Shown piece after piece: positions 18,718-27,482 of a DNA stretch of 64,000 nt. How positions within the stretch are numbered: position 1 is the first letter of the stretch; each line of letters begins with the position of its first letter. This DNA is from Bdellovibrionales bacterium (GTDB taxonomy: Bacteria; Bdellovibrionota; Bdellovibrionia; Bdellovibrionales; JAGQZY01): the NCBI GenBank assembly GCA_019750295.1, contig JAIEOS010000066.1, positions 2,183 through 66,182 of the forward strand. The letters are read 5' to 3'. Position numbers and translations under genes: made by a program. The notes beneath the pieces are model-generated. The model searched no databases. It was not told the DNA's origin and saw only the letters and a list, made by a program, of their open reading frames with translations.

Positions 18718-19275
18718 ATGAAATCTGTCAATGATGTAGAATTAGTGAAAAGCATCCAGGGGGGGAGAATGGATGATTTTTCGAAGTTGGTCCGAAAGTA
18801 TGAGACGCCGTTAGTGCGTCTCATCAGTCGCCACGTGCGAGACATGGAGTTGGCACGTGATGTGGTTCAAGAAACATTTTTAAAAGTGCATCAGAATATC
18901 CATAATTTTGAAGGGCGCTGTTCCTTTAAAAATTGGATTTATAAAATCGCGATCAATACGGCGAGAAATAAAATTCGCTCATTTAGAGAGATGGAAAACA
19001 TCGACGATGCGGTGATTATCGAAAACAGTATGGTGGAATCACGGATGATCCACCAGGAGCTGATCGATCAACTTTATGGTTTTATGGAAACATTGCCGAA
19101 CAAGCAGAGGCAGACCGTAGAGTTGAGAGTTCTTAAAGATCTGAGCTTCAAGGATGTGGCAGAGATCATGAGGTGCCCGTACGATACGGCGAAGGCGAAC
19201 TACCGCCACGCTATGCTTAAACTCAAGGATATGATTTTAAGCCAGGCCGAGGAGGATCGACGCCACTCGGCTTAG
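18718..19275 (+). CDS. ECF-type RNA polymerase sigma-70 family factor
   Basis: Region 2 (DVVQETFLKVHQNIHNFEGRCSFKNWIYKIAINTARN) and region 4 (LPNKQRQTVELRVLKDLSFKDVAEIM...AKANYRHAMLKLK) are both present. Start set at the ATG at 18718, preceded by GGGGGGAAGG. Confidence 0.85.
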   Translation: MKSVNDVELVKSIQGGRMDDFSKLVRKYETPLVRLISRHVRDMELARDVVQETFLKVHQNIHNFEGRCSFKNWIYKIAINTARNKIRSFREMENIDDAVIIENSMVESRMIHQELIDQLYGFMETLPNKQRQTVELRVLKDLSFKDVAEIMRCPYDTAKANYRHAMLKLKDMILSQAEEDRRHSA

Positions 19276-19353
19276 GCCAATAGCACTCGGCCTTGGACAA
19301 GTTCCCGCATCTCTGGACCCCCTTTTTTAGAGGGGCACCTGTAGAATCGATGG

Positions 19354-19944
19354 ATGCGCATTTTGATGTTCTTGCTGTTATTAGTGATCTCAGGGATGAG
19401 TCACGCCGACTACTTCGAGTTGAGTGCTTCGGGCAATTACCGTAAATCTTTTTTGATGGATTCGAACACCGAGCAGCGGGCCTATGATGAGGCACGCGCC
19501 TTCACCGGGGCCGTATCTTATTATTTCCGTGAAATGACGGCGCTAGAAATCAGCTATACCACCGGCACTTCAGAGCGAGTGATTCCGTCTACATCTATTA
19601 GCTCTAAGACCACCCACTACTATGACCTTGTGGGAGCCGATTTAGTTTTTACCTTCGGAACCCGCACGGATACCTATATCCCCTACATCAAAGCGGGGAT
19701 TGGTTACTTTAGCAAAAAACGCATCGATTACGAATACCGAGATCAGAACACAAACACGACCACCACGGCCAGTGTGAATTTAGAGAGCTCCGTGGTTCCC
19801 AGTGCCGGCGCCGGAATTCAAATTCGTTTGACCGAGCGCTTAGCTTTTAAAACGGGATTAGAGGTATGGACGAGCGGTCCCATCCGAAAAAAAATTGAAG
19901 ACTTCGATTGGGCCGCCCGCGTGGGAATTTCTTGGTTTCTATGA
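19354..19944 (+). CDS. Outer-membrane beta-barrel protein (OmpA-like/porin-family small barrel)
   Basis: It has a signal peptide (MRILMFLLLLVISGMSHA), alternating amphipathic strands (YIKAGIGYFS, PSAGAGIQIRL, AARVGISWFL) and an aromatic residue near the C-terminus. Confidence 0.6.
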   Translation: MRILMFLLLLVISGMSHADYFELSASGNYRKSFLMDSNTEQRAYDEARAFTGAVSYYFREMTALEISYTTGTSERVIPSTSISSKTTHYYDLVGADLVFTFGTRTDTYIPYIKAGIGYFSKKRIDYEYRDQNTNTTTTASVNLESSVVPSAGAGIQIRLTERLAFKTGLEVWTSGPIRKKIEDFDWAARVGISWFL

Positions 19945-20984
19945 TTGTTAAAATCTCTCTATGGATGACAGGTGTGTTCGTGCTTGCCGGTTGCCAGATG
20001 GGCTACATCCTCAATAATGGCTATCAACAGATGAAGCTTTTAAATTCGAGAGTGGCGGTTGAAAAAATTATTGCGGATCCTAAGATCGAAGCGGACGTAA
20101 AGAGAAAACTTAAGCTCGCTATTGAGGCCAAAGAGTTTGCCGAAAACGAACTGCATCTTAAAAAAACAAAAAACTATCTGACGTATGTCGATCTTCATCG
20201 TCCCTATGTCACCTACATTGTGAGCGCCGCGCCCAAAAACGAACTTAAATATTACACCTGGTATTTTCCGATCATCGGCAGTGTTCCCTACAAGGGATAC
20301 TTTACAGAAAAAGGAGCTAGGGACGAGGCTAAGGATCTTGCCGATGAGGGTTACGACACCTATGTCCGCGGAGTTTCGGCCTATAGCACCCTCGGATGGT
20401 TTAATGATCCCATCTTGTCGAGCATGATGCGATATTCAGATTATGATCTGGTCAACACCATTATTCACGAAACGGTCCATGCCACGTTGTACATTGCTGA
20501 CAACGCCAACTTTAACGAGCGTCTCGCCACTTATCTCGGCGATTTGGGCGCTAGTCTTTTTTATAAAAAAATAGGTAACGGCAGTGCGGTCCTCACGGAG
20601 GCCGAAGAAGACAGCCACGATCAAAAGTTATTCTCGGAGTTCATTTCAAAAGAGATTAAAGATTTAGAGGACTGGTACGGACAACATAAAGAGGATGCTG
20701 TCCAGGGTCGCGAGGCACGCTTTACGGCCATTAAAGAAAAGTACAAAAAAGATCTCAAGCCTAAACTCAAAAGCAACCGCTATGACTCCTTTGCGGACGC
20801 CGAACTTAATAACGCCAAACTCCTCGGCTACAAACTCTACATGAATGATCTTAATGATTTTGAAAAACTCTCCGCTAAGCTCGATCACGACTTCCAAAAG
20901 ATCTTAGACTTCTGCAAAGGCCTAGAAAAAGAAAAGGCCCCCGAAGACGCCCTCAAAAAATTCATCGATGAGGTTCCTCGTTAG
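19941..20984 (+). CDS. Lipoprotein zinc aminopeptidase-like protein (putative aminopeptidase/DUF2265-like)
   Basis: It has a lipobox (VFVLAGC) and an HExxH motif (IIHETVHAT). Its ATG at 19941 overlaps the stop of the upstream barrel gene (ATGA). Confidence 0.65.
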   Translation: MIVKISLWMTGVFVLAGCQMGYILNNGYQQMKLLNSRVAVEKIIADPKIEADVKRKLKLAIEAKEFAENELHLKKTKNYLTYVDLHRPYVTYIVSAAPKNELKYYTWYFPIIGSVPYKGYFTEKGARDEAKDLADEGYDTYVRGVSAYSTLGWFNDPILSSMMRYSDYDLVNTIIHETVHATLYIADNANFNERLATYLGDLGASLFYKKIGNGSAVLTEAEEDSHDQKLFSEFISKEIKDLEDWYGQHKEDAVQGREARFTAIKEKYKKDLKPKLKSNRYDSFADAELNNAKLLGYKLYMNDLNDFEKLSAKLDHDFQKILDFCKGLEKEKAPEDALKKFIDEVPR

Positions 20985-21029
20985 CAAAAACAAAAGGCAA
21001 ACTCCATCGGAGTTTGCCTTTTGTTTTGC
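20984..21029. terminator. Bidirectional intrinsic terminator between convergent genes
   Basis: GCAAAAACAAAAGGCAAACTCC (20984-21005) pairs with GGAGTTTGCCTTTTGTTTTGC (21009-21029) around a 3-nt loop, with one bulge. A/T runs on both sides fit function on either strand. Confidence 0.8.
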
Positions 21030-21050
21030 TAACAAGGAGCCTGGAATCTT

Positions 21051-22820
21051 TTAGTAGCGCTTGCGTCCAGAGCTGGCGCCGCCGCCGTAGAAGCTCTTGC
21101 CGCCGCCTTTTTTGCGACGGGGGCTATCGAAGCCGCCGCTTTCGTCACGAGATCGTGGGGGAGCGTCGGCTCCCTCGCCGCGAGGTTTTCTGGCAAAAGT
21201 TCGGCGTTCGCTGCTTGCGCCACCTGCGGGTGCGCGCTCCGGGCGCGCACTGCGCTCGGGGCGATCATCGCGGGAGAAAGGGCGTTTCGCACCGAAACTG
21301 CGGCGCTCGCTTCCTTTTTCTTCGCGTTCGTCAAAGTGATTCTCCCGACCACCCTCACGACCTCCATCGCGCCGCCGTCCACCGCCACCGCGGAAGTTGT
21401 CGCGGCCGCGGGGTCGACGATCTTCTCGATCATCGCCACCGGTGCTGGAGAAAGAGATTTCGTCTTCGTTGAGACCAAATCCGTTTTCGCCCATGGTGAG
21501 AACATTCTTAAGAGAGTTGTAAATCACTTGGGTGAGCAATTGCTCTTTAGTGATCGGTGCGAAAACGTCCTGTTTGTCCTCGAGAAGTTCGCGAACTAAG
21601 GCCTCGGCTTTTTTAAAAGACATGGATTTGGTGTCGCCAGCAAAGCTATCGATAATTTTTGTAAGAGCGTGGGACACTTTCGTCTTAGCAATCTGCTCGA
21701 CCGATTGCATCTTCTTAAGAACGAAAGTCGTCTTTGTGCGACGAGCGATGTTTTCTAAACCGCGCTGTTCATTGCGAGTGATCAAACTGATCGCAATCCC
21801 TTTTTGACCATTTCGACCGGTCCGACCTACACGGTGAATATAACTCTCGAAGTCCCAAGGCAGAGAGTAGTTAATCACGTGCGAGAGATCTTTAATATCG
21901 AGTCCACGAGCGGCCACGTCGGTACAAACCAGGATGGCCACTTCGCGCTTTCTAAAACGAGTGAGAATTTTTTCTCGTTCTTTTTGAGTGCGATCTCCGT
22001 GGAAGGATTCGGCCGAGAACCCGGCTTTCACTAAAGCATTTTGGATCGCTTCGGTTTCAACTTTGGTTTGGCAAAAAATAATTCCGTAAAAATCATCCAC
22101 TTCGCTCATGATCTGCAAAAGAGCCTGACGTTTGCGAGCTTGAGCGATGGCGTAGTACCAATGCTCAATGGACTCAGGAAGTTTCCCAGAGCTGTTGACG
22201 GTAATTCGTTTAGGATCGGTTAAATACTTATGGGAGATCTGTTCGATGTTGCGACTCATCGTCGCAGAGAAGAGCCAATTTTGACAGTTTTCATGAGCTT
22301 CGCTCAAAATGGTTTCGAGATCTTCCTTAAAGCCCATGGAGATCATTTCGTCCGCTTCATCAAGAACAAGAACGTTGAGGCGAGCGAGAGAAATTTTCTT
22401 TTGTTCGATAAAGTCGATCAGGCGGCCGGGTGTGGCGATTAAGATTTGAGCGCCTCTTTTAAGATCGCGCTCTTGAATCGTGTACGAAGCCCCACCGTAA
22501 ATTGTGGCGACGTTAATCTTTTGGGCGCGACCTAACTTTTGCACTTGCTCTGACACTTGAATCGCAAGTTCGCGCGTCGGGCATAAGATTAATCCTTGAG
22601 TGGATTTGTCATCCGCTTTGATTTGTTCAAGAAGAGGAATGGCGTAAGCCGCCGTCTTGCCAGAGCCTGTTTCGGCCAGTGCGAGAAGATCACCGTTATG
22701 ACCGATAAGGGCCTCGAGAGTTTTCTTTTGAATTTCTGTGGGCTCGACGAAGTTCATATCTTGGAGAGATTGAAGAATAGAGGAAGAAAGAGCGAAGTCC
22801 TGAAACGTAGTTTGCGACAT
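21051..22820 (-). CDS. DEAD-box ATP-dependent RNA helicase with an Arg/Gly-rich C-terminal tail
   Basis: It has a Q-motif region (FQDFALS...), Walker A (AETGSGKTAAY), DEAD (VLDEADEM), SAT, and HRVGRTGRNG. The C-terminal ~130 aa is RGG/RRD-rich. Confidence 0.92.
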   Translation of the reverse strand: MSQTTFQDFALSSSILQSLQDMNFVEPTEIQKKTLEALIGHNGDLLALAETGSGKTAAYAIPLLEQIKADDKSTQGLILCPTRELAIQVSEQVQKLGRAQKINVATIYGGASYTIQERDLKRGAQILIATPGRLIDFIEQKKISLARLNVLVLDEADEMISMGFKEDLETILSEAHENCQNWLFSATMSRNIEQISHKYLTDPKRITVNSSGKLPESIEHWYYAIAQARKRQALLQIMSEVDDFYGIIFCQTKVETEAIQNALVKAGFSAESFHGDRTQKEREKILTRFRKREVAILVCTDVAARGLDIKDLSHVINYSLPWDFESYIHRVGRTGRNGQKGIAISLITRNEQRGLENIARRTKTTFVLKKMQSVEQIAKTKVSHALTKIIDSFAGDTKSMSFKKAEALVRELLEDKQDVFAPITKEQLLTQVIYNSLKNVLTMGENGFGLNEDEISFSSTGGDDREDRRPRGRDNFRGGGGRRRDGGREGGRENHFDEREEKGSERRSFGAKRPFSRDDRPERSARPERAPAGGASSERRTFARKPRGEGADAPPRSRDESGGFDSPRRKKGGGKSFYGGGASSGRKRY

Positions 22821-22916
22821 GAATATCCTTTTGGGTCTGTACTAATTTAGAGTGAAACTTATACCATGATTTTTATCGCCAAGCGTCTAATTCCAGGTAA
22901 TTGTAAAAACTACAGA

Positions 22917-23783
22917 CTAGTTGGGCCCGCCCATGCCTTGGGGCGAATAATAAACAACGAACTTATAGCGAATACGAATATAGCCGTCCTCGCCCACCAT
23001 TTCGGAGGGGGGGTTGGGAAAATTTCGCGCCTGTTTAAAGGCTTTATTGGGAGCGCCGTCGATTTCCCACTGACCGGAGAGTTGGAGGGGGGTGACGGAA
23101 AGAACTTTTCCTTGCTGATCTAGAATCACTTCTACGATGGTCGTCCAAACTTTATCGCTGTAGGGGAGTTGTCCTTCGCGTTTGAGTTTTTCGAAACCCG
23201 TGGTCACGTTTTGAATCCAAGGCCAAATCACTTTCTCCGCCATTCTTCGGTAGAAGGTGAAATATAAATTTTGGTCGGTGTTGAGAGCCGCCACATCCCC
23301 AATCTGTAATTCCTTGGGCATGTAGTTTTGCAATTGCTGCCGACTCGCGGGGGACATCGTGTTTAAAAAATTATTGTTGGAGTTGCTACTCGATTGCGCG
23401 GCCGCCTCTCGCTTTCCGGAGGACACATACAAAGAGTCAGGCGATATTTCCGAACGCAAATCCGCGATATTTTTTGCGACACCAGAACTTTGAGTTTGTT
23501 GTTGCCGCTGCGGTTGTCGGGGTTGACCCCCCGGAGACGGGGCGGACTCCACTTGGGGTTCACCGAGAGTGCTCATCGGTGCGTTGGTGGTCACCCTCGT
23601 TCGAGTTTCTCGCTCTACACGACGAGTTTTGTCGGACATCGCGGGTCGGTTTTCTTCCTTCATGTCGAGCCACTGAATCGGCTCAGATTCGGGCTTTGGC
23701 TTTACAATGTAATCCACGCCTCCCAAGAGGAACATGATCACGTGAATCATCACACTGAAGGTAATTGCTTGATATGACGACAC
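22917..23783 (-). CDS. TonB-family protein (N-terminal anchor with SxxxH, Q/P-rich spacer, TonB_C-like domain)
   Basis: The N-terminal TM segment is AITFSVMIHVIMFLLGG, with S and H spaced as in the TonB SxxxH motif. The middle is low-complexity (QPRQPQRQQQTQ). The C-terminus is TTIVEVILDQQGKVLSVTPLQLSGQWEIDGAPNKAFKQARNFPNPP. Confidence 0.55.
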   Translation of the reverse strand: MSSYQAITFSVMIHVIMFLLGGVDYIVKPKPESEPIQWLDMKEENRPAMSDKTRRVERETRTRVTTNAPMSTLGEPQVESAPSPGGQPRQPQRQQQTQSSGVAKNIADLRSEISPDSLYVSSGKREAAAQSSSNSNNNFLNTMSPASRQQLQNYMPKELQIGDVAALNTDQNLYFTFYRRMAEKVIWPWIQNVTTGFEKLKREGQLPYSDKVWTTIVEVILDQQGKVLSVTPLQLSGQWEIDGAPNKAFKQARNFPNPPSEMVGEDGYIRIRYKFVVYYSPQGMGGPN

Positions 23784-23916
23784 TTTTTAAAGCACCTATT
23801 ACCCTTTCGAGATGAGATCCACCCTATTTGAGCCCGGCGGACGTCCTGACTCGAGGCCATCATTTGCCTAAAGTTGAGACACTAAACCACCGATAAATAT
23901 AGCATGGGGAGGGGTC

Positions 23917-24462
23917 ATGAGCTCAAGCGACAATACGAATAATTTAAATAATGTGATCGATCTACAGAAGCATCGTGGCAAAAAGGCCAAAAAAGCGAGT
24001 GGGACTGAGAAGAGTACATTTTCAGCAGGCGTCACGGACATCTCAAACATTCGTCAGGAAATGATTAATTCTGAACGTCGAAGCGTTCGTCGAACGATCC
24101 TCACCGAGTTTATTGGCATGAACATCATCGTTCCTCAAAAGGGTCTGGTGAAGTCGGCGCTCTATGATATCTCCGAAAACGGCTTAGCTTTTGAGCTTCC
24201 CATCGATTTGGGAAAATTCAATGTCGGCGAAGAAGTGGCTATGAGAATCTACATGAACCACGCCACGTATTTTCCCTTTGTCATCAAGATCACTCACATT
24301 CGTAAAGATGCGGATGAGGGACTTTATCTTTATGGTGGAAGCTTTATTAAAAATTCGATCAACCAAGTGGCGCTTTTCCATTTTGCAAAATTTGTCGAAA
24401 ACATCAGCGCGTATCTCAAGACAGATCACGGCGATGTGATGGTTTCAAATATCGGAGATTAA
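23917..24462 (+). CDS. PilZ-domain protein (c-di-GMP receptor type)
   Basis: Canonical PilZ motifs are present: RRSVRR (RxxxR) followed about 25 aa later by DISENGLAF (D/NxSxxG). GGGGAGGGG lies upstream of the ATG. Confidence 0.8.
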   Translation: MSSSDNTNNLNNVIDLQKHRGKKAKKASGTEKSTFSAGVTDISNIRQEMINSERRSVRRTILTEFIGMNIIVPQKGLVKSALYDISENGLAFELPIDLGKFNVGEEVAMRIYMNHATYFPFVIKITHIRKDADEGLYLYGGSFIKNSINQVALFHFAKFVENISAYLKTDHGDVMVSNIGD

Positions 24463-24564
24463 TCTCTGCGCCATGCAACATATTCCGTCATTTACAAGGC
24501 CACTCCCTTCTAGTCCAATAGAACTATGAGCCACAACGGCTCATGTTCATAAGGGGGACGTGGA

Positions 24565-25881
24565 GTGAGCGAGAAAAGAAAGATCGTTGTCGATACGAAT
24601 GTGATTCTGTTTGATGCTCTAGCAATTTGCAAATTTCAAAACGCTGATGTGCATATTCCAATTTCAGTACTCGAAGAACTCGATCGTTTTAAACGTGATC
24701 TCGGCGAGAACGGAAGAAACGCTCGTCATTTTAGCCGTTTCATCGATGTCCTCCGTGGCAAAGGCGCCTTAAATAAAGGCGTGCCCTTAGAGGATGGAAC
24801 CGCAACCATTTTCGTCGAAGCCGATCGCTCGGTGACCGGAACTCCGGCGGAGCTGTTGGAAACAAAAGCCGACAATCGAATTTTAATCACAGCCTTTGCT
24901 CTGCAAAAAGAATTTCCAAACAATAAAGTGGAGTTGGTGACCAAAGACATCAACTTACGTATTAAAGCCGATGTTTTCGGTATTAATGCGAAAGACTACG
25001 AGCCCGAAAAAGTCTCCGTCGACGAAATGTACACGGGTCATATTGAAATCGAAGTGGACGCCGAACAGATCAATCTCTTTTATCAAGAGAAGATGTTGCC
25101 ACTTCCGGACAGCATGAGAATCGTACCTAATCAGTATATCGTGGCCAAAGACACTTCGAATCCCAATCACAGTGCCATCGGTCGCTACGACGGGAAGAAG
25201 AAAGGCATGGTGCCTCTTTTGACCGTGAGTGAAGGCATCTGGGGAATTCACCCTCGAAATGTGGAGCAATCTTTCGCTATTGATGCGCTATTGAACGATG
25301 ACATTCTGTTTGTCTCCCTTGTCGGTAAAGCGGGAACAGGAAAAACGCTTCTAGCTCTGGCCGTCGGCCTTTACAAGTCTCTCGACGAAGGACGTTTCCA
25401 GCGTTTACTGGTGAGTCGTCCTATTTTCCCGATGGGGAAAGACATTGGATATCTTCCTGGAGACATCGAGCAAAAACTGAATCCTTGGATGCAACCGATC
25501 TTTGATAACGTCGAATTTTTAATGGGGGCGGATAAGAAGGCGGCGGGTCGCGCTCAGGAGCTTATCAACCAAGGTATGTTGAACATTGAACCGCTCACTT
25601 ACATTCGTGGTCGAAGTATTCCGAACCAGTACTTTATCGTCGATGAGGCACAGAACTTAACTCCTCACGAGATTAAGACCATCGTCACTCGCGCCGGTCA
25701 GGGAACTAAAGTGGTTCTCACTGGAGATGCTTTCCAAATTGATAACCCTTATGTGGACAGTGCGACGAGCGGTTTGACCTACTCCGTCGAGAGATTTAAA
25801 GGCTACGACATTTCGGCTCACTGTTCTCTGACTAAAGGGGAAAGATCCGAACTCGCTGAACTCGCTGCAAACGTTCTTTAG
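24565..25881 (+). CDS. PIN-domain + PhoH-like ATPase (PhoH2/YlaK type)
   Basis: The N-terminus is PIN-like (VVDTNVILFD...SVLEELD...DNRIL). The C-terminus is PhoH-like, with Walker A GKAGTGKT and FIVDEAQNLTPHEIKTIVTRAGQGTKVVLTGD. The start codon is GTG. Confidence 0.85.
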   Translation: MSEKRKIVVDTNVILFDALAICKFQNADVHIPISVLEELDRFKRDLGENGRNARHFSRFIDVLRGKGALNKGVPLEDGTATIFVEADRSVTGTPAELLETKADNRILITAFALQKEFPNNKVELVTKDINLRIKADVFGINAKDYEPEKVSVDEMYTGHIEIEVDAEQINLFYQEKMLPLPDSMRIVPNQYIVAKDTSNPNHSAIGRYDGKKKGMVPLLTVSEGIWGIHPRNVEQSFAIDALLNDDILFVSLVGKAGTGKTLLALAVGLYKSLDEGRFQRLLVSRPIFPMGKDIGYLPGDIEQKLNPWMQPIFDNVEFLMGADKKAAGRAQELINQGMLNIEPLTYIRGRSIPNQYFIVDEAQNLTPHEIKTIVTRAGQGTKVVLTGDAFQIDNPYVDSATSGLTYSVERFKGYDISAHCSLTKGERSELAELAANVL

Positions 25882-25885
25882 AACA

Positions 25886-26527
25886 ATGTGGACCTGGGTT
25901 CTCTTTGTTTTATTGATCGGGGCTGAGGAGGTGGCTTCTCAGCTCGAAGTCACAAATTCTCATCCTGCAGAGATTAAACTCCCGCGCTGTATTGACGACA
26001 CGGTGGTTCTTCAAAAGATTGCGAATCACATCGAAACTCATAGGAAAAACAGCTCAAAATATGCCGAGTATGCAGCTGTATTCCGCGGCGAGACTCCTGC
26101 GGAACTTGTGGCCCGCTTGGCCTATGCCGAAACAATAGGTGCGAACTGCTCTTCGCTCAATTCCAGCGTGGGCCCAAGGATTGTCGAAGTGATTGCCAAC
26201 CGAGTGCGGAGACGGGGCGGGGACGCCCGTTCGGTGGTTTTTCAAAGAGATCAGTTTTCATCTTCGCTCAATATTTATTCGAACTCGCGCTACAAAGATT
26301 TTCTGTGTCCCAAAGATTTAAATCTATGGAAAGAAATGGTATTGGCCGCAAGATCTTCGCTCGAGAACCCTCCTTCGCGAGTCAAGCCCGACACGATGAA
26401 CTACTTTCTGTACAGACACGATCCTCGTTGGGCTCAGGAGCCTTGGGCTCTCAAGGAAGATCTTGCCGGGCAGTCTGAGGACGCGCGCGCTTGTGTTCGT
26501 TTCTTTCGTGTTCCTGATTGGAAATAA
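25886..26527 (+). CDS. Secreted cell-wall hydrolase, SleB/Hydrolase_2-like
   Basis: It has a signal peptide, then ELVARLAYAETIGAN...IVEVIANRVRRRG...VVFQRDQFSS, matching the SleB-family pattern. It starts 4 nt after the PhoH-like gene. Confidence 0.65.
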   Translation: MWTWVLFVLLIGAEEVASQLEVTNSHPAEIKLPRCIDDTVVLQKIANHIETHRKNSSKYAEYAAVFRGETPAELVARLAYAETIGANCSSLNSSVGPRIVEVIANRVRRRGGDARSVVFQRDQFSSSLNIYSNSRYKDFLCPKDLNLWKEMVLAARSSLENPPSRVKPDTMNYFLYRHDPRWAQEPWALKEDLAGQSEDARACVRFFRVPDWK

Positions 26528-26628
26528 GTTTTTATTGCAAAGAAACTTGTAAAAAACTCCAAGCCCTCGCTAATCCTTTCAAAAACTCCAAAATCTTTTA
26601 TAACTGAGGCAAATAAAAGGAGTTTTCC

Positions 26629-26958
26629 ATGAAAGCATTGTTTGTATTCGTTTTATCTCTCGTTAGCATCACGGCCAACGCAGAGTCTTTAAAGTATTGT
26701 GGTAAAGTCGAAGTGTTTGGTGTGGAGTATTATAACTACGCTCGCGTTGTGGATAACAAATATAACCCGCGCATCAACGGTAAAACCAAAGACCCAAATC
26801 AAGTTGTGAAATACTTGAATGCGAAGACGGACGGCACTTGCCTTTGCGTTAAAGGAACCATCGCAAAACAGACTCTCGAAGGTTACGAAATCTTTAACTT
26901 CACTCAAGTGGATTCAATTTGGGGATGCAGCAACGGACCCAAACTCGCTGGAAAGTAA
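26629..26958 (+). CDS. Small secreted 4-Cys protein, unknown function
   Basis: The 109-aa ORF has a signal peptide (MKALFVFVLSLVSITANA), a strong SD (AAGGAG) and a terminator immediately downstream. Confidence 0.55.
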   Translation: MKALFVFVLSLVSITANAESLKYCGKVEVFGVEYYNYARVVDNKYNPRINGKTKDPNQVVKYLNAKTDGTCLCVKGTIAKQTLEGYEIFNFTQVDSIWGCSNGPKLAGK

Positions 26959-26979
26959 TTCATCTGTCCAATTTTTCTT

Positions 26980-27010
26980 AAAAGGAAGCTCTGTGAGCTT
27001 CCTTTTTTAT
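26980..27010 (+). terminator. Intrinsic terminator
   Basis: AAAAGGAAGCTC pairs with GAGCTTCCTTTT around a 3-nt loop, followed by a T-run (27001-27010). Confidence 0.8.
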
Positions 27011-27192
27011 TTTGGGGCAGGGGCGGCGTTATTTTCATTTCTGAAGAGGGTCGAATCAAAACTCGATGAGTCTTTGGTCGAGTCGAGCTCTGACCTTTTT
27101 CTGGTTTTTGATATGTCTGTAATTTCATACCTTCAACGGTTAAGAATTTCTCAAAATGAGCCGAATAGATTTGTGCAAGTCAGGAGGACAGC

Positions 27193-27471
27193 ATGTTTCT
27201 ACAAGGCGATTTACAAAAAGTTTTCGATGCTCTTTATCACATGGGTGTTATAGATCCGGTTTTAAAAATGGATTGGAGCGAAAGCTTTGAAAAAATCGAG
27301 TCGGAATCATGGCGTTTAACTCCGGTTGTGCAAGTGGTGAATCGTTGCGGTGGAGATTACGAGGAGCTCATGAGCGAACTTAAAAGTTTTGATCATGAAG
27401 CGCTTTCTTATCTGGCGATGTTAGTGGCCAAAGAGCTGATGTACTTTCACACCAATACGATCGTTCACTAA
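27193..27471 (+). CDS. Hypothetical small cytoplasmic protein (92 aa)
   Basis: A strong SD (CAGGAGGACAGCATG) precedes the ATG. There is no signal peptide and I recognise no family. It is the first gene of a tightly packed three-gene unit. Confidence 0.55.
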   Translation: MFLQGDLQKVFDALYHMGVIDPVLKMDWSESFEKIESESWRLTPVVQVVNRCGGDYEELMSELKSFDHEALSYLAMLVAKELMYFHTNTIVH

Positions 27472-27482
27472 GGAGAATTTGT

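Noticed and set aside
21014-21599. Overlapping ORFs of 80-158 aa on both strands at the 3' end of the helicase gene.
   Set aside because: They are artefacts of the GC-rich, repetitive RGG-tail coding region. Their translations are poly-Arg/Ala/Pro strings with no start context.
23855-23867. A sigma-54-like promoter candidate GGCCATCATTTGC upstream of the PilZ gene.
   Set aside because: The GG-to-GC spacing is 9 nt rather than the 10 nt of the TGGCAC-N5-TTGC consensus, and the flanking bases do not match. I found no convincing -24/-12 promoter in any intergenic region by eye.
24527-24545. A hairpin ATGAGCC-ACAAC-GGCTCAT between the PilZ and PIN-PhoH genes.
   Set aside because: It has a 7-bp stem without a U-tract and sits about 20 nt from the next start codon. 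I cannot tell whether it is a terminator or a leader structure, so it is not called.
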